Assembly: GCA_036556085.1 (NCBI GenBank)
Contig: DATBKE010000123.1
Span: 6,171 to 70,170 of the forward strand
From: Acidimicrobiia bacterium
GTDB lineage: Bacteria > Actinomycetota > Acidimicrobiia > Spongiisociales > ZC4RG35
Reading direction: 5' to 3'
Length of the DNA: 64,000 nt
Shown here: positions 45,220 through 52,381 of the stretch, in pieces
How positions within the stretch are numbered: position 1 is the first letter of the stretch
Layout of the letters: every line of letters starts with the position of its first letter
Made by a program: the position numbers and the translations under genes
Notes under the pieces: generated by a model
What the model saw: the letters and a program-made list of their open reading frames with translations, nothing else
Told to the model about the DNA's origin: nothing
Databases searched by the model: none

Positions 45220-47259
45220 TCAGCCCACCGCCGAAGTGATCTGACGAAGCTCGCGCTTGAGATCGTTCACCTCATCGCGCAGGCGGGCGGCGTATTCGAA
45301 TCGGAGCTCCTTCGCAGCCTGATGCATCTCGTCCTCAAGAGACATGATGAGGCGGGTGAGATCATCACCCTCGAGATTGAGCGGCTCCCGCTGGGTCAAT
45401 TCCCGCCGGCGGCGATCGCCCGCAGTGGGCTCGGTGGCGACGAGATCGAGGATGTCGGACACCTTCTTTCTGATGGTCTGCGGATCGATGCCGTGAGCCT
45501 CGTTGTATTCCTCCTGCAGGCGGCGACGCCGATTGGTTTCGTTGATCGCCTGCTGCATGGATCTTGTGATCTGATCGGCGTACATGATTACCTGCCCGTC
45601 GACATTGCGGGCGGCTCGTCCGATGATCTGGATAAGAGAGGTCTCCGAACGGAGGAAGCCTTCCTTATCGGCGTCGAGGATGGCCACCAACGACACCTCG
45701 GGCAAGTCGAGCCCCTCTCGCAACAGGTTGATGCCTACCAGGACGTCGAACTCGCCGAGGCGAAGCTCGCGGAGGATCGAGATTCGCTCCAGGGTGTCGA
45801 TCTCGGAGTGGAGATAGCGCGCTCGTACGCCCATCTCCAGGAGATAGTCGGTGAGGTCCTCGGCCATCTTCTTGGTAAGGGTGGTGACCAGGATTCGTTG
45901 ATCGGCCAAAGCTCTGGTGCGGATTTCCTCGAGAAGGTCGTCGATCTGGCCCTTGGTAGGGCGAACCACCACCTCGGGGTCGACCAGACCGGTGGGGCGG
46001 GCGATCTGCTCCACCACCTGCGTGGAGCGGGCAAGCTCGAATTCGGAGGGAGTAGCTGACAGGAAAACCACCTGGTTGGCCTTCTCGAGCCACTCGTCAA
46101 AGCGAAGCGGGCGATTGTCCATGGCGGAAGGAAGACGAAACCCGTGCTCGACCAGCATCTGCTTGCGACTGTGATCACCCTCGTATTGCCCGCCAATCTG
46201 GGGCACAGTGACGTGAGACTCATCGATGATCGTCAGGTAATTGTCGGGAAAGTAATCGAGCAGTGTGTACGGGGGCTCCCCTGCGCGGCGGCCATCGAGG
46301 TAGCGGGAATAGTTTTCGATCCCTGTGCAGAACCCCACCTCGCGGATCATCTCGAGGTCGTACTGGGTCCGCATTCGCAGCCGTTGCGCTTCCAGCAATT
46401 TGCCTTTGCCCTCGAGTTCGGCGAGACGGGCCGCGAGCTCTTCTTCGATTTGAAGTGTGGCTTTCAACATGCGCTCGCGTTCGGTGACATAGTGAGTGGC
46501 GGGAAAGATCACGATCTCCGAGAGATCCTCAATCACCTCTCCAGTAATCGGGTTCATGCGCAGGATCTTCTCGACCTCGTCTCCGAAATAGGAGAAGCGC
46601 ACCACTGTCTCTTCGTAGGCGGGCATCACCTCGAGGGTGTCGCCCTTGACCCGGAACTTGCCTCTGATGAGGTTCACCTCGTTGCGTTCGTAACCGATGT
46701 CGACCAGGCGTCGGATGGCATCGCCCATCGGATACTGGACGTTGCGGAAGAGCCGGAGCAGCTGGCCCTCGTACTGCTCGGGGGAGCCGAGCCCGTAGAT
46801 ACAGGAAACCGAGGCGACAATGATCACGTCGTCGCGCACGAGCAGCGCTGAGGTCGCCGAGTGGCGGAGGCGATCGATCTCGTCGTTGACGGTGGCGTCC
46901 TTCTCGATGTAGGTGTCGGTCGAGGGGATGTACGCCTCCGGCTGGTAGTAGTCGTAATACGAAACGAAGTACTCGACGCGGTTATGGGGGAAGAACTGAC
47001 GGAACTCGTTGGCCAGCTGGGCCGCCAGAGCTTTGTTGGGTGCAATGACGATCGTGGGCCGCTGCACCGCCTCGATGGTCCAGGCAATGGTGGCGGACTT
47101 GCCTGAGCCGGTGATTCCGAGGAGGGTTTGGAACCGGTCTCCACGGGTGATTCCCTCGGCCAGGGCCGCGATCGCTTTGGGCTGGTCTCCGGCCGGATCG
47201 AAATCCGAACGAACCTTGAAAGGGGGCACGGAGGGGAGTGTAAGGAAGGGCGGTGACAA
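45220..47259 (-). CDS. uvrB: excinuclease ABC subunit B
   Basis: ...[21 protein letters not shown]...[10 protein letters not shown]... Trimmed from the track start at 47511. TTG 47259 is preceded by GGAGGAGG; GTG 47229 is an alternative start. Confidence 0.9.
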   Translation of the reverse strand: MSPPFLTLPSVPPFKVRSDFDPAGDQPKAIAALAEGITRGDRFQTLLGITGSGKSATIAWTIEAVQRPTIVIAPNKALAAQLANEFRQFFPHNRVEYFVSYYDYYQPEAYIPSTDTYIEKDATVNDEIDRLRHSATSALLVRDDVIIVASVSCIYGLGSPEQYEGQLLRLFRNVQYPMGDAIRRLVDIGYERNEVNLIRGKFRVKGDTLEVMPAYEETVVRFSYFGDEVEKILRMNPITGEVIEDLSEIVIFPATHYVTERERMLKATLQIEEELAARLAELEGKGKLLEAQRLRMRTQYDLEMIREVGFCTGIENYSRYLDGRRAGEPPYTLLDYFPDNYLTIIDESHVTVPQIGGQYEGDHSRKQMLVEHGFRLPSAMDNRPLRFDEWLEKANQVVFLSATPSEFELARSTQVVEQIARPTGLVDPEVVVRPTKGQIDDLLEEIRTRALADQRILVTTLTKKMAEDLTDYLLEMGVRARYLHSEIDTLERISILRELRLGEFDVLVGINLLREGLDLPEVSLVAILDADKEGFLRSETSLIQIIGRAARNVDGQVIMYADQITRSMQQAINETNRRRRLQEEYNEAHGIDPQTIRKKVSDILDLVATEPTAGDRRRRELTQREPLNLEGDDLTRLIMSLEDEMHQAAKELRFEYAARLRDEVNDLKRELRQITSAVG

Positions 47260-47317
47260 GCCTCCTCCCGTTCTCCCCCCAGCGAAGCGTCGGGGGGGTG
47301 CCGGCGAGGGGGTGCTT

Positions 47318-47482
47318 CTAGGCCGCTCTTGCTCGATCCTTGCGCCGATGCCGATTCGATCGTCGGATGCGTTCGGGAGGCTTACTCCAGAAGCCCTCTT
47401 CGCGAATTCGGCGGCGGACAGATCGGGGATAGCGGTGCTCGTTGATGGCGTGAGCCACCTGAGTGAAATTGTCGGCGAACAT
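47318..47482 (-). CDS. candidate small, highly basic protein (54 aa), unannotated
   Basis: My translation: GAAGGAG SD, 10 nt, then [57 protein letters not shown]. It falls below the track length cut-off and competes with the 5'-extended uvrB frame. Confidence 0.3.
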   Translation of the reverse strand: MFADNFTQVAHAINEHRYPRSVRRRIREEGFWSKPPERIRRSNRHRRKDRARAA

Positions 47483-47545
47483 TTTGAAACTGCTCCTTCG
47501 GTCGCGCTCAATGGATGAACCCCCGGACAGGGGTTGTGGTTGCAG

Positions 47546-47605
47546 CTAGCCGAGGAGCATTTCCCCGGCGAAGGGCTGGGTGCCTGTGATCATCGGTCCA
47601 TTCAT
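47546..47605 (-). CDS. candidate 19-aa micro-ORF / leader peptide
   Basis: GAAAGGAGGTG SD, a 7-nt spacer, then [22 protein letters not shown]. Followed by the hairpin AACCCC-n6-GGGGTT (47518-47535). Confidence 0.3.
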   Translation of the reverse strand: MNGPMITGTQPFAGEMLLG

Positions 47606-47650
47606 TTGTCGGCACCTCCTTTCGTGCTCGGGGTGGTATGCGCAGGCGGC

Positions 47651-47680
47651 AACGTAGACCGATCTCGTTTGTCGAGTCAA
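47651..47680 (-). promoter_or_regulatory. candidate housekeeping-type promoter TTGACT-N18-TACGTT reading toward the micro-ORF and uvrB
   Basis: The minus strand reads TTGACTcgacaaacgagatcggtcTACGTT, about 45 nt upstream of ATG 47605. Confidence 0.4.
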
Positions 47681-47686
47681 GGGATT

Positions 47687-47692
47687 TAGATT
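47687..47692 (+). promoter_or_regulatory. candidate -10 hexamer TAGATT, 6 nt upstream of ATG 47699 (leaderless geometry)
   Basis: TAGATT-cgacgc-ATG, with no SD. Confidence 0.4.
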
Positions 47693-47698
47693 CGACGC

Positions 47699-48127
47699 AT
47701 GGACCCGGCTGAGCGTCTCGCCTACGTTGCCTCTGCCCTGTCTCTCGGGTCGGTCGAGCGGCATTTGTTTCTCTGTGCAGAACAGAAGACTCCGAAGTGC
47801 GCTCCCTACGAAGTGACGTCCGAGGTCTGGCGATATCTCAAGGGACGGCTCAAGGAACTCGACCTTGCCTCTGCGCCGCCGCCGTGGGGCGGGAAGCCGG
47901 TCATGGAGCCCTTTCCGGTGCCACCGGGTGGGGGCCGAGTGCTGCGCACCAAAGTGGATTGCCTAAGAATCTGTGAGAGCGGCCCCATCGCCGTCGTCTA
48001 CCCCGAGGGGACCTGGTATCACGGAGTCACGGTCCCGGTGATGGAGCGCATCATCACCGAGCACCTCATCGGCGGCACGCCGGTCGAAGATCATGTCTTC
48101 GCGCGAGGGCCGCTGAACCCGCCATGA
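47699..48127 (+). CDS. thioredoxin-like [2Fe-2S] ferredoxin-family protein
   Basis: Cys pattern [13 protein letters not shown]...[24 protein letters not shown] is typical of the thioredoxin-like 2Fe-2S ferredoxin fold. Confidence 0.7.
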   Translation: MDPAERLAYVASALSLGSVERHLFLCAEQKTPKCAPYEVTSEVWRYLKGRLKELDLASAPPPWGGKPVMEPFPVPPGGGRVLRTKVDCLRICESGPIAVVYPEGTWYHGVTVPVMERIITEHLIGGTPVEDHVFARGPLNPP

Positions 48128-49035
48128 GCTGGCTGCGACGGGGCCTTTGGGCCGCCGCCCTATGGCGGCTTTTTGGACCCATCGTCCCGCTTCCCTGGCC
48201 CCGTCCCCAAAAACATCCCTGGCGGATTCCGGCGCGCACCATGTTCGCTGGTGATCGCGAGCTCTCAATCCGCGAGGTCGGGCCCGTCGATGGTTCGCCT
48301 CTGGTCTTGATACATGGCTTGGCCGGCTCGTCGATGGCCGAGTGGTACAAGGTGGCTCCGCTTCTGTCCGACCGTTTCCGGGTGCTGATGATCGACCACC
48401 GCTCTCATGGGTTGTCGATGGCGGATAAGGGCCGCTTTGAGATTGCCGATGTGGCCGATGACATCGCCGCGATTCTCGACCAGCTCGAGACCGGCCCGGT
48501 GGCCTTGGTCGGTTACTCGATGGGCGGGGCCATTGCCCAGGCATTGGCCCATCGCCACTCGGATTTGGTCAGCCGCCTGGTCCTGGTGGCAACACTGTCC
48601 CATCATCCCCGAGGATGGCGAGAGCTCCGTCAGCTGGGCGCGCTGCTCACCCGGGCCTGGGAGCGAGCCACCGGCACCGGGACGCCGGAGGTGAGGAGCG
48701 GCTACCTATTGGCCTCGGGAGCCGTGGAGAGGGAGCACGGACGGTGGCTTTGGGAGGAGACCCAACGTCGTGATCCAGACGCGGGAGCCGAGGCGAGTTG
48801 GGCGCTGCTTCGTTTTGATTCCCGGGCCTGGTTACCGACGCTGGGAGTGCCCACGCTGGTAGTCATTCCTGAACGCGACCAACTCATCCCTTCCGATTGG
48901 CAGCGGGGAATGGCGCGCCTCATCCCCCATGCGGAAACGGTCGAGGTAGTCGGCGGGCACCACGAAATACCGTGGTCGCACGCTCGACTACTCGCCCAAA
49001 GAATCGAAAGTTTTCTGGCTGCCGAGACCGGCTAG
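48124..49035 (+). CDS. alpha/beta-fold hydrolase
   Basis: ATGA overlap with the ferredoxin stop. HGLAGS oxyanion region and nucleophile elbow GYSMGG. Confidence 0.8.
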   Translation: MSWLRRGLWAAALWRLFGPIVPLPWPRPQKHPWRIPARTMFAGDRELSIREVGPVDGSPLVLIHGLAGSSMAEWYKVAPLLSDRFRVLMIDHRSHGLSMADKGRFEIADVADDIAAILDQLETGPVALVGYSMGGAIAQALAHRHSDLVSRLVLVATLSHHPRGWRELRQLGALLTRAWERATGTGTPEVRSGYLLASGAVEREHGRWLWEETQRRDPDAGAEASWALLRFDSRAWLPTLGVPTLVVIPERDQLIPSDWQRGMARLIPHAETVEVVGGHHEIPWSHARLLAQRIESFLAAETG

Positions 49036-49036
49036 T

Positions 49037-49117
49037 TCAGATGGGTTCGTTAGAGAAGTAGCGCCAAGCGACAAAAGCGATCCCGGCAATCGTCAGGATC
49101 AATAGAAGCTTCTTCAT
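49037..49117 (-). CDS. candidate 26-aa hydrophobic peptide (single TM), unannotated
   Basis: AGGAGGTAAGGG directly precedes ATG 49117. MKKLLLILTIAGIAFVAWRYFSNEPI*. The local sequence is AT-richer than its surroundings. Confidence 0.4.
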   Translation of the reverse strand: MKKLLLILTIAGIAFVAWRYFSNEPI

Positions 49118-49186
49118 CCCTTACCTCCTGCATTGAGGATAGTTGTAACCGCGGGGCTGGTTTCCTGCTATCCGGATCACTTCCCG

Positions 49187-49192
49187 TAGGCT
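49187..49192 (+). promoter_or_regulatory. candidate -10 hexamer TAGGCT, 6 nt upstream of ATG 49199 (leaderless geometry)
   Basis: TAGGCT-cgcgaa-ATG, with no SD. Confidence 0.35.
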
Positions 49193-49198
49193 CGCGAA

Positions 49199-49645
49199 AT
49201 GAAACCGAGATACTTGGTGGTTTTGGCGTGGCTCCTGGCTGCCTGTGTCAGCGGAACGGGGACAACCACCCTGGGAACGTCGACCACCCAGCAGGAAATG
49301 ACCACCACGACCGAGCAAACGACCACCACTGAGCAAACGACCACTGCTCCCTCGACGACCGCCGCGGTCACCACCACCGCTGCCGCTCAGAACCTCATTC
49401 GAGTAGAGGGAGGGGTGAAAGTCGAGGGGCCCGACACGATCAGTGTTGCCCAGGGAGAGGTCGTCAGCTTCCAGGTCGTAGCCGACGTCGCCGATGAGGT
49501 CCACGTCCACGGCTTCGATCTCCTCTTTGAGACGGTTCCCGGCGAGCCGGTTGTCGTCGAGTTCACGGCCGATGCCACCGGAATCTTTGAAGTCGAGTTG
49601 GAGGAAAGTCACCTCGATTTGGTGAATATCGAGGTCACGCCTTGA
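49199..49645 (+). CDS. lipoprotein with a Thr-rich linker and a C-terminal cupredoxin-like beta domain
   Basis: Lipobox LAWLLAAC|V, then a TTTTEQ repeat linker. The C-terminal ~85 aa (...VSFQVVADVADEVHVHGFDLLFETVPGEPVVVEFTADATGIFEVELEESH...) look like a small cupredoxin-type domain. Confidence 0.6.
   Translation: MKPRYLVVLAWLLAACVSGTGTTTLGTSTTQQEMTTTTEQTTTTEQTTTAPSTTAAVTTTAAAQNLIRVEGGVKVEGPDTISVAQGEVVSFQVVADVADEVHVHGFDLLFETVPGEPVVVEFTADATGIFEVELEESHLDLVNIEVTP
49301..49345. repeat. 2.5 x 18-bp tandem repeat encoding TTTTEQ units
   Basis: accaccacgaccgagcaa / acgaccaccactgagcaa / acgaccact, read directly from the sequence. Confidence 0.7.
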
Positions 49646-49652
49646 ACTCATC

Positions 49653-50960
49653 ATGATTCGGATCCCGTTCCTGGGACACGGGATCGGGGGCCGGCTTGAC
49701 CTCCCCGTCCCAGTCACCTATTTCGCGGCCGGAGCGGCAGTGGTCCTTATTGTCACCTTCGTCGCTCTAGCCGCGCTGTGGACCAAGCCACGGCTCCAGG
49801 GAGGACCGGGGGGCGAGGCACGAGGGATGCGGCCCCCGATGGCTCTGCTTCGCTGGGTCGGCCTGGCCGGATTCTTATTGGCGGTGCTCGGCGGAATCTC
49901 GGCGCTGGTGACCGGCCAGGACTCCACCGGGACCCGAAATATCGCTCCGGTGTTGCTGTGGGTCTTCTTCTGGCTCGTGGTGCCCTTTGCCTCGGTCCTG
50001 TTGGGCAATCTCTACACGGGAGTCAATCCCTGGCGCACGATTTCTCGCTGGCTCGGAATCGGCGAGCGAGAGACGGATCGCCCTCTCCAGCGGTTGGGGG
50101 TGTGGCCGGCGGCCATCGGCCTTGTGGCTTTTGCCTGGCTCGAGCTCGTCTATCCCGAAAGCGCCCTCCCGAGCACGATCGCCATCGCCGCCCTCGCCTA
50201 TTCGATCTACCTCGTGGTTTTGGTGTCCCGGTTCGGGCGGGAGTCGGCCCTGGCGTCTTTCGACATCTTCACCCCCTACAACCGCCTCTTCTCGAGCATT
50301 GGACCGTGGGGGAGAAGCGAAGACGGCCGCCTGGTCAGGCGGAGATGGCTCCATGCCCTTCCGACGATCCCGGAGTGGAAGGGCTTGGCGGCCTTGCTGG
50401 TGGTGATGATCGCCACCGTTAGCTTCGACGGGCTTTCTAATACCGTCGGCTACGAAGCCGTCACCGGCAGCTTCGGGATGTCGATCGCCGGCCGGACGCT
50501 CTATCTCGTGGTGGCCTGCTTGCTCGTCGGTGTCGCCTATTACCTCGCTTGTTGGGCGGCAGCCCGCCTAGCTGGCGACGCGGAGATGACGACACGGCGC
50601 GTCGCCTCCAGATTTGCCCACACTCTGGTTCCGATCGCCTTTGCCTACAGCTTTGCTCATTACTTCACGCTCATCATCTTCGAAGGGCAGGGCATCCTGT
50701 CAGCGGCCGCCGATCCGTTTGGGTTGGGCTGGGACCTGTTCGGGGCCCGCGACTACAAGATTGACTTCTTTCTCGGAGCGATTCCCGTTTGGTACATCCA
50801 GTTGGCGACGATCATCGCCGGCCACATCGCCGGAGTGGTGCTGGCCCATGATCGCGCCCTGGCGGACTTCAAGGGGGTCGGGGCGGTTCGCTCCCAGTAC
50901 GCAATGCTGGTGCTGATGGTTCTCCTGACCGGGCTCGGTCTTTTCATCCTGGCCGGTTAA
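49653..50960 (+). CDS. hypothetical polytopic membrane protein (about 10 TM)
   Basis: Starts 8 nt after the lipoprotein stop. MIRIPFLGHGIGGRLDLPVP..., followed by many hydrophobic spans. No family recognised. Confidence 0.65.
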   Translation: MIRIPFLGHGIGGRLDLPVPVTYFAAGAAVVLIVTFVALAALWTKPRLQGGPGGEARGMRPPMALLRWVGLAGFLLAVLGGISALVTGQDSTGTRNIAPVLLWVFFWLVVPFASVLLGNLYTGVNPWRTISRWLGIGERETDRPLQRLGVWPAAIGLVAFAWLELVYPESALPSTIAIAALAYSIYLVVLVSRFGRESALASFDIFTPYNRLFSSIGPWGRSEDGRLVRRRWLHALPTIPEWKGLAALLVVMIATVSFDGLSNTVGYEAVTGSFGMSIAGRTLYLVVACLLVGVAYYLACWAAARLAGDAEMTTRRVASRFAHTLVPIAFAYSFAHYFTLIIFEGQGILSAAADPFGLGWDLFGARDYKIDFFLGAIPVWYIQLATIIAGHIAGVVLAHDRALADFKGVGAVRSQYAMLVLMVLLTGLGLFILAG

Positions 50961-51637
50961 GAGCGAGCTTTCCGAACCCAGGGAAGAGTTCCGTTGTAGC
51001 GGATGTTGCGGAAATTCTTCCAGAGGCGCTTGCGATCGACGCAGACGATCGAGCTATCGACCGGAGCGCTCGATCCGAGATAATCGGCCAGCGAGCGCAG
51101 GGTGTGCTCCCACATCTTGTTTTCGGCTCGACTGCCGAAGGCCATCATCCCGGCTTCGTAGAGGGGATCGTTTGTGCGGATAAGAAGCTGGACCTGGGCG
51201 ATGGTTCCCGCCGCCTCGTCCTCGTAGGCACTGAAGGTGATGAAGCCCGCGAACGGATGGCCCTCCGGCGTCATGTAGCTGAAGGAGGTGTCATCCGAGT
51301 AGAGCACCAGGACCCCCGTCGAGAGCGGCACCGGTCCCTGATTCGACTTGATCAAGCCCACCTCGCCCGGCTTGATCCCCGTCACCGGCGCGTAGAACCG
51401 TGAGTTGGATGGCCAGAACCTTCCATATTCGGCTTTCCAGGTGGCGATGATTTGCTCGGGCGTCTTGTTCGGAATCGCCACCTTGTAGGTCTTCTGCCAT
51501 AACTGGCCAAATCCCTGCTGGGGGCCGGTCAGGCGGCGGCCCTGGACGCGCCCGGTATTGAAGTCCGCGGGCGAGTCGCCGATCTCGAGATGCTGGCGAG
51601 GTGGCGACCAGTTGGCGTCGTCTTTGCGTTGATCCAT
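50957..51637 (-). CDS. DUF1990-like protein (family assignment tentative)
   Basis: ...SFSYMTPEGHPFAGFITFSAYEDEAAGTIAQVQLLIRTNDPLYEAGMMAFG... is reminiscent of the YGTLPGHPExGEE..F core of DUF1990/UPF0548. Last gene of the STAS operon. Confidence 0.45.
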   Translation of the reverse strand: MDQRKDDANWSPPRQHLEIGDSPADFNTGRVQGRRLTGPQQGFGQLWQKTYKVAIPNKTPEQIIATWKAEYGRFWPSNSRFYAPVTGIKPGEVGLIKSNQGPVPLSTGVLVLYSDDTSFSYMTPEGHPFAGFITFSAYEDEAAGTIAQVQLLIRTNDPLYEAGMMAFGSRAENKMWEHTLRSLADYLGSSAPVDSSIVCVDRKRLWKNFRNIRYNGTLPWVRKARS

Positions 51638-51648
51638 AGCTTTCTTCC

Positions 51649-51999
51649 TCAGGTCGTAGCGAGGGCTGAAGCCTCGTTGTCGTAAATTCCGATCGCCTCA
51701 TCGAGGCGAGTGAGGGAAAAGATCTCCCGGTAGTGGTCGCTCAACCCGTAGGCCCCGAGGGACTGGCCCTTGCGTTGAGCGCGGATCAGAGTGGTGACGA
51801 GAAGCCCGATCCCCCCTGAATTCATGTAGTCGAGCTTCTCGAAATTGAGAAGCACCGACTTAACCCCGGGCCGATCGGCGTCCTCGTAGGCCTCGGTCAG
51901 CACTCCCTCTCCGAAGGCCGTCAATTCTCCGGCGATGTCGATCACCCGGACTGTTTCCTTCGGTGCCCTGACCGACATCGCGATCCTTGACTCTGGCAT
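51649..51999 (-). CDS. STAS-domain protein (anti-sigma antagonist-like), paralog B
   Basis: ...LLNFEKLDYMNSGGIGLLVT... contains the conserved Ser. 116 aa. Clear paralog of the adjacent gene. Confidence 0.85.
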   Translation of the reverse strand: MPESRIAMSVRAPKETVRVIDIAGELTAFGEGVLTEAYEDADRPGVKSVLLNFEKLDYMNSGGIGLLVTTLIRAQRKGQSLGAYGLSDHYREIFSLTRLDEAIGIYDNEASALATT

Positions 52000-52026
52000 T
52001 TGGTTGGTTCCTCCTCACCTGGGGCG

Positions 52027-52380
52027 CTAGCTGACTGCGAGCGCCTGCGGTTCCGTTTCGTAAAGCGTCATGAAGTCGGCCAATCGTGTGATCTGAAAGA
52101 TCTCCTGGTAATGCGGGCTCAATCCCCAAGCTCGCAACGATCGACCCTCCGCCCGCGCCTTGGCCAACAAGGTGACGATGACCGCTATTCCGGTTGAATT
52201 GATGTAGTCGACGTCGCGGAAGCTCAAGACCACCGGGCTTCCCTGGTCCCGACCGGCGACGGCCTCCTGATACGCGGCGGTGAGTGGATCGCCGGCGTTG
52301 CGGTCAATGTCGCCGACGAGATCGATCACCGACCCCCCGTCCTCTTGCCGGACCGTCGCCGAGAATGGTGTTCCTGGCAT
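52027..52380 (-). CDS. STAS-domain protein (anti-sigma antagonist-like), paralog A
   Basis: ...VLSFRDVDYINSTGIAVIVT... 117 aa. Its start lies 1 nt after the stop of the upstream fusion gene. Confidence 0.85.
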   Translation of the reverse strand: MPGTPFSATVRQEDGGSVIDLVGDIDRNAGDPLTAAYQEAVAGRDQGSPVVLSFRDVDYINSTGIAVIVTLLAKARAEGRSLRAWGLSPHYQEIFQITRLADFMTLYETEPQALAVS

Positions 52381-52381
52381 C

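Noticed and set aside
47222-47312. G-run-rich tract on the plus strand (GGGGG, GGGG, GGG, GGGGGGG, GGGGG), considered as a G-quadruplex element.
   Set aside because: The runs coincide with the complement of the uvrB SD and with Pro/Gly-type codons of overlapping frames. Loop lengths are irregular. The motif count alone does not support any function.
47260-47700. A search for a LexA/Cheo-type SOS box (CGAAC-N4-GTTCG) or a RecA-independent TGTCGGTG-N8-TAnnnT promoter upstream of uvrB.
   Set aside because: Only CGAACATTTTGAAAC (47476-47490) was found, and its second half-site is wrong. The TGTCGAGT-N9-TAGATT element faces the ferredoxin gene with off-consensus spacing. There is not enough evidence to call either.
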